From Pocillopora damicornis (lineage: Eukaryota), in the NCBI RefSeq assembly GCF_003704095.1, contig NW_020846655.1, positions 124,001-188,000 of the forward strand: a stretch of DNA of 64,000 nucleotides. Direction: 5' to 3'. The notes beneath the pieces are model-generated. The model searched no databases, was not told where the DNA came from, and worked only from the letters and a program-made list of their open reading frames with translations. Both the position numbers and the translations under genes were made by a program. The stretch's first letter is position 1, and every line of letters begins with the position of its first letter. Positions 26,001-36,590 of the stretch are shown in pieces.

Positions 26001-29000
26001 GAAATGTATACAAAACAGTGTGGAGAATATGCACAAGGATCTTAGGGTGTAAAGGGTTAATAGAGGAAGTGAAAAGGTTGATACTTACATGGTACCTTTT
26101 CCCATCATCTGTTTAGGGACACACCACTTGCAAACATTGAGGGACACGAGAAGCGTGTGTCCCATGTGGCTTACCATCCATCAGGACGCTTTCTTGCATC
26201 TTGTTGGTAAGCTGTGTTACCTTCTGTCAGTCCAGTAGTTCAATCCATGGTTTTTTGTTTTTTGACTGTCAGACAAATATAAGTCTGCTTTTCTTTCAAT
26301 TCCTGGATGTTTGTGTTTGTGTAGTTTTGATCACTCCTGGAGGTTATGGGATTTGGAACAGCTAAAAGAGGTTCTCCATCAGGTATTCAAAACTACTCCA
26401 TTTACTCCATTCCCAAGTGATTGATCTTTTGATAATGGTTATTTGATGGTTTGTGAATGTTTTTATTGTAGGAGGGTCACTCTAGAGAGGTGTACAGTAT
26501 TGCATTTCAGGTTGATGGCTCACTTGCAGCCACATGGTATGGTTTATCATTACTTATCCAGTTGCTAGTTTATATTCACCAGAGATTTTGTCATGGTTGT
26601 CAAAGGGATGAGCAGAAGTCCTGGGGTCAGGAATTTTTGGTTGAGTTGGAAAATTTTAGGAATTTCAGGGATAACTGAGAGTATGACACCACAGTGTAAA
26701 TGCTTTGGATGGGTGGAAGGCCTTTTCTTTTTTCATCATTTTGAGATGGACAATGTTTTTGGTTTAGTCCAATTTGTTTGGTTAAGGCGATATTACAAAT
26801 GCTCTGTCGTGATTTATTGAAAAAAAAAAATCAGTGGGTGGAAAGGAAGGATGTGTGAAGAGCTTAGGGGTTGCTCGTGTATGTTACTTGTTTGGTCAGG
26901 GAAATTCTATTTTCATCAGGGAGTTTTGAATAGAGTTTCTGTGGCAACCATGTCATATTCAATGCCCGTTTTTCTCCAATGTAAAAAGTCTACTCCTGTG
27001 CTCTTTCAAACCATTTTTTGCTGTCAAAACAGCAAATAGGAGTTAAGTAACAATTATTTATACAGAGGAGGCAATGTTGGATGGCATTAATGAAGTTCAC
27101 CTAAATACCTTTTGTTGTGCGTACAGTTCGAGTCAAAATAGCTGCTTTCTGTTATATTTTCAGTGGCCTCGATGCGCGGGGCCTGGTATGGGACCTTAGA
27201 ACAGGTCAGTGTATTATGGGATTGGATGGACATCTGAAAAAAGTGCTAGGAATAGACTTTGCACCTGACGGGTGAGTTACGCCTAAGAACACCCATCCAT
27301 AGGGTGTCTACGCATGCGTGAACCTTAAACCAAAGAAATTATAACCAATCAAAACAAAGCAAAATATGCCAAACATATCAAATTATCGTATGGTTAGCCC
27401 CGCGAGCTATTAAGATGAAGTTGATACTTTGTTCTGATTGGCTACCGAGTGTTGGTTCACGACTGCATCATGAAACATTTTTCTTGTTTATCGCCCAAAA
27501 AAGAAAGGTTATAGGACCAGCAGGCTCGCGAACACGTCTTTAGACAATCCAAATAAAGGAAACTGCGATGAATTTCGTGAATTCAGTGGCAATTGTTGTG
27601 TTTAATTTTCTTTTGCTTTAAGACCAAACGCGTTCGCGCGAGCAATCTGAACACATCGAGGGAAATGAAACTAATGTAAGAAAGTGACAGAAAGTAATGT
27701 AAGTGACAGAAAACCGTCATTTTGAGAGAGGTGCTGCTAGATGTAAATTAGACTTAAATCTGCTTATTTTAATATAACATACGAATGAAGAATTTATATC
27801 AACCATTTAAAAACGGTAACAAAGTAATGCGGATAAAATTGTATAAACTTGTGCGTGTACTTGGACTTTGAGGCCTTCTTGTATAAGGAATTTGAAGTTG
27901 TAAAATGGCCTCTTTGTATCAGATATCGTGTAGCTACTGGAAGTGAAGATCAGAAAATTATGATTTGGGACTTAAGGAAGAGGCAGTGTGTGTACACTAT
28001 TCCTGCTCACACCAACCTTATATCACACGTCAAGTTTCAAGGTAAGCCATGTTATCTGCAATTAGTTTGAAAAATGCTTCATTCAGCATGAGTTTCGATT
28101 GGTTGTTATCCATGATCTATGATCTATTATACGATAAGCCGAATTATGTACGCTGTTCGAGTGGCTCTTACGATCTCTTGGAAGGCTGTAAATGACATGA
28201 TCACCGGTTATTTTTTTGCAATGTGTTCTTCACCAACCCCGTCACTTATGGCTCTTCTGTCTATTCATATTTCTTCAGGGACCACACTTTAGTTTGTCTA
28301 TTGAGTTGTCTTAAATACTTTCTTTCATTTTGTAGAAGACTTCTTGGTCTCGGCATCCTACGACAAAACAGTAAAGGTAACTTAGTAAATGAATGTTGTT
28401 ATGGTGCTCATTCTTGGGGCGTGGAGAGTTGATCAATAAAAATAGATTACTGTTTTCGTGAGTGTGTGGATGAAGTTGTAGCTGGAAAAAATGGCTTGCG
28501 AGGGAGAAGCTTTTAGTGTTTTTTATTTTTCCCAGCCTTTAGGTCTCGTGTCGCGAATAACGTAATGTTAATTCTTGTATAGCACAAGAATTACCTAGAG
28601 GGAGGATTACATATCTCGGTTGAGAGAAAGTGGTCTTAATCATTCATTTCTTTTCTCATCAGTACTTAAAGTTGTTTACCTAAGAATAGTTGTATTGTTT
28701 TAGCCTAGTTGACAAGGTTTTTTTCATAATTTTCAGTTCACACTGTTTAGTTTGCATTTATTCGCTTACACTGTCAAATTTACATTGTGTGGTCTACACT
28801 GTTTCAGTTTACAATGGCCGTGTTTTCACTTGCGTTTTTTCAAGTTGCTTTGCGAACGACTACCAAAAATATCTTGAAATCAGCTGCTCTCCAACGCGCT
28901 TCAAGTTAAGCTAGTCGCCAAACTCAAAATGCAATGGTCTTTGAGTTCAAGCCACCAAACCATGTAGCTTAAGCGAATTGGCAGTGGATTTTCGCCAATG

Positions 29001-29316
29001 AGGGGGAACTTGCGGTTTTTCCATCTGATGAAGCCGTCAAATCGGAAAGAGAGTACGCGTTCTCCCGCAAAATAAGTTGGACAATTATCTGTCTCGATCT
29101 CGGATGCTTTCGAAGTCCTTCTTCAAATGATCCACGTAAGCAGTTCAAGATAAGATTTCTTCCTTACGTCGTTAGAAATGCAAAGCATTCAGCCACAAGG
29201 GAACAACTTCTGTAAGCAAACCAATGTCAGGATTGTTAAGTGAGACATGCGGCGTCGTGAAAACATCACCATTGTTTAGTTTATAGGGGGTATAGAAATA
29301 TAGATTAAATATAGAA

Positions 29317-29348
<32 letters not shown>

Positions 29349-30056
29349 ATCTGTGGGGGGAGGGGTACTGCATCTGTGGGGGGAGGGGAAAGGGGGAATC
29401 TAAAATCAGTTTTATCAACTGAGTCAATGATGTGAGTTGGTCGCTATTGAGTCTGAGTATCTGAAGTTGACGACTAACGCTCGAAATTTCAGCTATTGTT
29501 TAGTTTGCAGTGTTAAGTTTACAATTTTTAGTTTAACTGTTTTAGTTAAGTTCATATTTCATTTTCAGGTTTGGTCCCACCCTGGCTGGTCGCCTCTCAA
29601 GACCCTGACAGGTCATGAACAGAAAATAAGCTGTGTCGATGTTTCACCAGGTCTGTACTCTGTGAGATAGAGTGTCTGAACTGTTACAGTACTTGAAAAA
29701 ATTTTACGGGAGATTCTTTCAAAATGTTCGTTTGTTTTCGAGGGCAGGCCCTCATTCTTAGTGCTGTAGGACGCGCGTTTCTACGCCCTTGGGAAGAGTT
29801 GAGATGAGTCGGGGAGAAGTTTGCTGGGGGCCTGGCACTACTGATTAAGCACTAGTGATTGTCAGTGCAAGACTCCCTGTAAACTTATGGCCGACTTGTG
29901 TTGCTCAAGGGCTCATACTATGCTCGCAAACTATCGCACATTAGGCGCTGCAACTGTCTCTCTGTGTTCTTATAAAGTTGTTCCTTCATTTCAGATGGTC
30001 AGTACGTTGTGTCCAGCTCCTTCGATCGCACATTCAAGCTGTGGACGTCCGATTGA
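20004..30056 (+). CDS. PRPF4: U4/U6 snRNP protein Prp4 (WD40), about 524 aa, 18 exons
   Basis: Exons 20004-20223, 21857-21936, 22130-22202, 22500-22562, 22712-22767, 23180-23265, 24546-24639, 24719-24813, 25101-25159, 25526-25649, 26117-26206, 26325-26382, 26472-26536, 27164-27271, 27923-28041, 28336-28376, 29569-29650, 29995-30056. Motifs [59 protein letters not shown] (PRP4/SFM motif), [17 protein letters not shown]40 repeats, ends [12 protein letters not shown]. Confidence 0.96.
22217..22417 (+). mobile_element. TTAA-type (piggyBac-like) MITE copy
   Basis: Runs CCCTTT...AAAGGG|TTAA; internal core (acattaa...gaataaaggaaatgatcaccaac...ttgttaaac..attctc..tgtcagcac..aggaaatgtata...ggagaatatgc) shared with other copies in this window. 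Confidence 0.8.
23781..23932. mobile_element. Short MITE-like element with imperfect inverted ends
   Basis: tactaattgactgagt...gatgggaaaatatt (23787-23826) is reverse-complementary to aatattttcccatc...acttagtcaataagta (23887-23926). Confidence 0.6.
24915..25060 (-). mobile_element. Decayed tRNA-derived SINE fragment
   Basis: Minus strand reads gtagctcagtgg (A-box-like) followed by a degraded B-box region; no intact cloverleaf. Confidence 0.5.
25732..25827 (-). mobile_element. Penelope-type pseudo-LTR remnant with degenerate hammerhead core
   Basis: Minus strand ctgatga-tgac-ttctgatgaggtt-gtca-aaacctcagtc; the catalytic GAAA reads AAAA. Confidence 0.5.
25853..26060 (+). mobile_element. TTAA-type MITE copy
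   Basis: Same core as 22217-22417; ends ttagggtgtaaaGGG|TTAA. Confidence 0.82.
29313..29494. mobile_element. Penelope-type pseudo-LTR remnant with degenerate hammerhead and internal 21-bp duplication
   Basis: agaaggggtaagtttctaaagaaactgtggtgctgc... resembles a recalled coral repeat; ctgcatctgtggggggagggg occurs twice (29345, 29368); ttgacgactaacgctcgaaatttcagct at 29467-29494 resembles a CTGAnGA...CGAAAC hammerhead with a deletion. Confidence 0.5.
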
Positions 30057-30154
30057 TCTCCGACAGAGCGAATCTGATAGACCTTGTTAGTAATTCCAGT
30101 GAAAATTGTCAGATTATCCGAAAAGATATTGGTCCCAACTTATTCACATACATA

Positions 30155-30390
30155 CGGTGACCCACAACTGTCACGGCAAAAGAAATAACCTCGCGGCAAA
30201 AGAAATAGCCTCGCGGCTAAAGAAAGACTCACGGCAAAAGGAAGAACCTCTCGGCAAAAAGGAAAAGACTCACGGCAAAAGAAAAAACCTCACGGCAAAA
30301 AGAAAAGACTCACTCGAAAGAAATAACAAGGTGATTTCTCTAGCCGTGAGTTGTTAACTTTTGCTGTGAGGTTATTCTTTTTACCGTGAG
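30155..30390. repeat. Array of about 20-bp TCACGGCAAAAGAAA units plus inverted units (foldback-like element remnant) just 3' of the PRPF4 stop
   Basis: About 7-8 direct units at 30171-30320 and about 3 reverse units at 30343-30390; ACATACAT on both flanks (30146-30153, 30392-30399). Confidence 0.8.
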
Positions 30391-33300
30391 TACATACATG
30401 TTACTAGTCCAAACCTCTGTGCGGGATCACTGATACATAGCAAATGTCATTTGTATATATATACTTTAAAATTGCATCGATTAAAGTGTTTTTGAAATTT
30501 AACTCGGAGTTCTTGCGAAGGCTTTTATCCTTCTTGTCTTGTGAAAGTGTCCCGTTTTCCGTTCGTTTCGGTGTGCAGGGCTAGGCGTGTATTTGTTTGT
30601 TTATTGTTTTTTTGTTGACCAAACGACCCTGTGCGGAAGCGTCTTCTGCGATATAACCATTGTTCATACTGGTTAAACTCGCAGTATTAGCTCAACATCA
30701 TCATCATATTAGCTCAAAATACTGCGTCTCTTATCTCCCAGTTTACAAGTTCTTTCATTTTTAAATAAAGCCCAAGACAAATATATGGCTTATGAATGGC
30801 AGACTATTTTTCATTAGTTTTCATTAAAGCGGCTGTTGTTTTTCCGCCACGTCGATCATTGCCACAGAGTCGTCATTAAGAATCTTTGTAGGACACCGTG
30901 AAAAGATACCGACCCTTTATTGATTGCCTCGGTCCATGTCTAACGTTTCCAAGTAGGCGGTTGACACAATTAAGTATTTTTATGTGACGAAGACGTAATG
31001 TTCTCACAGTATTCAGCCGATGTCTCACAAAAGCCCAGTTTTGGTAGTTTGCTATCAAATACACGATCCGAATTGTCACTGCAACAATTTCGGCGAGAAA
31101 CCGCTTCATGTGTTATTCTTTAAAATCAATGACCCACGACCAAAAGATTTTTAAAAAACTTTATTTTCTCTTACTACTAGTTAGTTTATTGCAAAAAGAA
31201 AGTTCTTTCGCAGAAATGACGATCTTTGCAAAATTTCTCCATGCCATGAGAAGCAATTCAGCGGCACTACTTGTTGCAAATTGTTGTCTGGTGTTTGTTA
31301 GCCCTAAAAAAATCATGCCAAATATGCAAGAAAATCGATGAAGGAACAAATTAAAAACATCCCTCTGAACTTTCATTGAGTAAAAATTCATATACCGCTA
31401 AAGATTGTTCATAGCACTGTATGAAAAAACAACGGGTTTGCTCTCTTGCTGTTGTAATCTTAGAAATTCAGAATGAAACAGTCTTGACTGACTTTCCTCA
31501 ATTCCCTTGAAGCAGTTCTCGTTCTCTTGTGGAAATGAACAAGGAACATCTTTTGCATTTGGCAGCAAATCATTATTCATTAGGAAAGTTTTTCTTTCAT
31601 TACGGGTCTTGTGTCCTCTACACATGCTGTGTGAGTTTGTTTTGAGGACTTCTGCCAGACAGATGATTTGAATAACGATGTGCACTCTATGTTGAAGGGA
31701 AGGTGTTTTGCTCATGCCAGCATAAACTCCAAAATAAAAAAATAATAATAAAATTTGACAATTTAAATGATAAAAATTTTTTTTTCTTGTCAGATTCATT
31801 GTTTTATTTGTTGTCTGCAAATTTCAAATGTTTCCGAGGAGATGTTTGTTTGAGCGTGGAATTTGTTTTAAAAGTCTGCATCAACTTGTAAGCAGTGTGA
31901 AGGTCAACTGTGGTTGATAATTCCAAGAATAATAATTTTATCACTCTTCTGTCGGACTTGTGAAAATTACAATCGCAGATGGCCAACATCCTTGAATTTA
32001 TTGCAAATGCGGATAATCGATATTAATTCAAGAAATGAATATCCATAGGCGAAGGAATCTCGCAAAAATTCAAAACAATTTTTTTTCTACAAATATTCAA
32101 ATTCCGTCTGTTATCATTTGGGTAAAGAAGAAATTTGCATTTAAATGGTTTTTACGGTCAATGATTTCGACATGAAAGTTAGCGCGAACTATGTAACAGG
32201 TTAAAAGGGACGTTGTGTATTTCTATGTAAGAGTATGTAAAAGTTGGAAGAATTCTGTCTTAAAATCTCCTGGCCATCGAGACAAGATAAAAATTGACTC
32301 AGCTCTGATGATGTGAAAGGCAAGAGTTTCTTCTATATTCTCTGTGTCACTTTAAATGCGGAGTTAATTGCCTCGTGACAACAATTTTGACGACCGGGTA
32401 ACATACTGCACTGACTCAAATATTTTGTGTCTTTAAACAGATGCGTTCTAGAACCTCCTCGAAAAAATCACACCAAGCTTATCACCATTCAAAAGGGATC
32501 TTTCCTACTGTTTTCGTTTGTCGGAGCAAAGAACTTCGTTTATCAACAAGTCTTAAAGTCACAGGTAATGTTAAATCATCGGTCTTCCCGACAAACTTTC
32601 GACACTGAATTTAAAATCGTATTTTAAGATATAGCTAAACACACGACATGATCTTAATTTTGAAACGAGTTGCAAGCGTTGCAAGTATTAACTTAAAGTG
32701 AATTGTTTTTATCCGTTTTGTGTGCGACCAAGATTATTTTCTTTTGTGCCATTTAGCATCCCGCGACGCAAAAATCCCTGTTTTGATTGCTAACCTAGCC
32801 ATTGCCATATAGGACATTTCGGGTTTTTGTAGGGCTTAGTACTTGCCTACGAAACTTGTCGAATGTTCATCGAGCGTGCGTGCTGTTTAAGGTTGGATTG
32901 AAGTAGAAGTTGTACACATTGGTCACCAGCACAGAGTTTTTCATGTTAATTTCCTCTCTTTGAATTGACGGCATATACTACAGTGCCTAAAGAACAGCTT
33001 TTACTCAGAAAGTTGATGAAGTCAAGTTTCGTGCTTGAAACGTTGACATTGCAGAACAAGTTTATAGCGATGTTTAACGTAAACAAATATTCTTGATCAA
33101 TACCCAACTGGCCTTTTGGTGGATTAATTCTTTGAGAGCTCAAGTGATCGAACAATAGCTAGCACGACGTTGCATGCCTTTTTTTGTGGGATATACAGAG
33201 TTTAAACAACAGTGTATTTTTTTTAAACTGCACTCTTGGATGCTGGTAATTTCGTATTCACCAGGATCTTTGTTAAGGGTTTAGTAGTCCAGCCTTCTGT

Positions 33301-35659
33301 ATTCAGGGTTTTTTTCTGGACCTCACACCTTCCGGTGCATTTCTGCAATGTTTTTCAGAGTTTTTCGAATTCATGAAATACAGAGATCTTTCGTCGGCTT
33401 TTACAAAAGAAAATGGTAGCGGTAACACAAAATTTTCAAACCTTCAAAAGCATTATACCTTTATTTGATGAAAAATTAAAGTCTTCTTAAGACTGTAGTC
33501 TAAGCTTTGCAACTTTAAGCAAGAACTTGGCGTGGTTTTTCTGTAATTATCATTGGAAAGATCTCTGACAACTAAATTAGCTATAAACGTTTTTGTAATG
33601 ACCAATTTAAATTAGTGTATCTTACTGAACAGTTTTTAAATGCCGTCGTTATCAGTCTCCAGGCTGTTGCGGCTAACAGACCCAACATGGAAAACCTAAT
33701 TGGTTACCCACTTGCCGGAGTGAGTCAGCACACAAAACCACGAAAAATTAAATTTGGGTTTATTTTGTTGTCGGTGAGATTCAGTTTTGTGGTTTTGTGC
33801 TATTTTGGGACTTGACAGTTGTTTGCTTATGGAAATCAGTATCATTAAGAGCTGGTTCCACGGACCATTGTTTTCAAAGTGAATAAGCAATTATGATGAA
33901 CTACCTACGTATTCCGTACTTTGCACTCCATCGAGTCTGTGTTTACTGACCACCAATGAAATTAGTGACAAGGTATTCTTGTTGCAATTAAATATTCCTT
34001 TTTTACAAATATATTTTTCCCTTTGAGAGAACATGAACACCTCACTTGGAAGCCCGTTAAGAAACACTTTGAATTTCATTTATTTTTAGTCTCTGATCGG
34101 AAGTCAAGCCATGCAGGAAGTTTGGTGGAATTTAAATGTTGTTTCGAGAATTAAAAATCCATGTTTACTTACTTCGTCAAAAGTCAAAACAGGATGCGAC
34201 ACAGAGAGAAAACGCCACGAAGGCAAGCCTCGTTTCGGACGATTGAAACACAAGCATAAGTGACCAATATATAGATTGTTACAATGAATTTTGATATTGT
34301 TATCAAAACTTCTTTCAGATTAATTGAGTCTTAAAAAATATCTTTTGAAGATAACTTTGAAAAATATCTCCAAAAAAAATAAAATCTCTTTTTCATGATT
34401 GAGGGGGATTCTCTTTCCTCGTGTAGGCTCTTTGGTTGAAATCTTCCAAAGAACTTGTGTGCTTTGAACGTGACCATGTACAATTGATCTTGATTCGTTG
34501 TTTTTTTTTAGTGTGGGTTAAAATTTAATAATGCTTTATCGCCAGACAGTCTCCTTCTGTGATGACGCAAAACACTCTTTTAACAAAAGCACATTCATTT
34601 AACTTAAAATTGCGAGATAGTCAATTATCTTGTTTCATGAAAACATCTCTACGGAATAAAAAGAGAGAAAATGAAAAATTTAACTGTAGAAGACTGATAA
34701 AAACACGAATTAAGAACCTACAGTTGTTTATGTGCAGTTAGTGGAGATACAACAAACGATTTAGCCTTCCTAATGTTTGCGTGTGTGAATTTTTCGCATA
34801 AAAGCGTGCGGTCTGCTAAAAATTGTGCATTTGGAGCGCCTTAGATAAGTCATTATTTGTTAATTATTTCAGGAATAGAATGTGAAGGGTTCTGTTATGT
34901 CAAAATAATTTTTTGTTCTTGCCATGTTGTCAGAATCATGAGTCGGTCATGTGAATGGCGTTCATACGTGGGAAGAACCCAATGCATGCAACCTGTAATG
35001 TTCATATGTACACAGCCTTACAGCCTTTCCTTAGGATCTGCACACGGACATCAGTCGAGAGATCTTACTTTAAGACATGATATTGGTATAAACCAAACAG
35101 GAACTAAAAAGACGACGTTAATATTGTTCTTCCATTGAAAAGAATTACTCAAGTTCCTGAGTTTGACTTAAGATGTGGATTAAAAGGGGAAGTTACTTAA
35201 CGTAACACATTACTACTGCACTGTGCCGTGCGGGCCAAAGTAGATAACGGACTTAACGCATGAAAGGTAAAACATTATTAGAATATTGGTGTTCTGCTAC
35301 ATCCATCATTGAGTGTTCAGTTATTCTGAACAGTTATTCAGGATGTCGTGCTTTAATTTGAACTTAGTTTTAATGCATGTTGCTAAAGGCTAGAATTCGT
35401 GTAATATAAAATTTTACTAAGGCAACAATTTTTGTGTAATGTTGCACGCTGTAGGTGCAGAAAAAAATGATGGGCGCCATGCGGGGCTTTCAAATTTTTT
35501 GCTTAAGGTTTACTCAGTAGAATCCAGAGAAAAGAGCTGATCGTGCATCATGTGGAGAACTACAAGATGATTTTTCGAATCAAATTTTGAGAAGTGTGAG
35601 AGAGAGTCACGAAACCTTTTACATTCGCGTAGACTCATAGCGCCATGATTTAATTGGCT

Positions 35660-35863
35660 TTCCTTTAACATCAGCATCCAAGTTTTCCATTTTCTTGTCT
35701 GTACATTGCCTTTGATACTGACAAGGAGAAATCGTTTATCGATAAAAGCTTCAGTCTTAGGTTGGCGATAATTTCCTTTACTCTCATGATCCTAATGAAT
35801 CATTCAGAAGTGCTATTGTAAAGAAAATTAGATATTAGTCACTATCAGGGTTTAAAGCGTTAA
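35660..35863 (-). mobile_element. TTAA-type MITE copy, reverse orientation
   Basis: ctgacaaggagaa, atttcctttactctcatgatcctaatg and aaattagatattagtcact are reverse complements of the shared core. Confidence 0.72.
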
Positions 35864-36483
35864 ACAAAGTTTAGTCGCTTTTTAGCCAAACCACATTTTA
35901 AACCATCTTAAGTATGGCTTAAAGTTAAATCGAAGCGGTAATTTCAGTTAATAATGTCACGAAGGTTTATGGCTAACAAGGGAAAACATTTACTAGCTTA
36001 GAACAAACCACTTTTAAAGAAACCACCAGGTCCATAGTCAGCTCGCACTGTTGCCGTATTATCTCTAAAAGGAACCTCACCCAGTATTCTGTAGAAGTCA
36101 CTACTTTCTTTATGTTTCTTCGCATAGTGTAAAGCATGCTTGTTTAGGTCGACAATTTCAACAATTTTCCTTCAAATGCGTGTTGGATATGAGATGATGG
36201 ATAACTAGCTACGTGCATAGTTCCGAAGTGGCCACAGCTTTATCATATTAAGGGAGGATCAGTTAGTTGATATTCCGTTGTTCACTCCATCATCTCCAGA
36301 CAGCGTCAGTGGAACAATTTGTTTTACCAAAATCACCCATATAGATATTACAAAATCCGTGATGAACAGTGCAAAAATTATGCTTTGTTTAGTCACATGG
36401 CATGAAAACAAAAATCAAAACTCAGGAATTACAGGATGCTAGTTTTTGACTGAAACACGCTGGTAGCCCTGAAAGGGTACGGT

Positions 36484-36590
36484 GATAATGACAATGATGA
36501 TAATAGAAATAATAATAATAACTGTTGTAAAAGTAATAATAACGAGAATAATGATAATAATAACAATAATGATAATAACAATAATAATAT
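36484..36590. repeat. Degenerate (AAT)n microsatellite
   Basis: gataatgacaatgatgataatagaaataataataataa... about 105 bp; it produces the spurious Tyr-rich ORF on the minus strand. Confidence 0.9.

Noticed and set aside
30171-30390. CRISPR-like array
   Set aside because: Units are contiguous and degenerate with no unique spacers, there are no cas genes, and the context is eukaryotic.
31398-31820. 140-aa minus-strand ORF
   Set aside because: No recognisable domain and no convincing linked exons; a lineage-specific gene cannot be excluded without RNA data.
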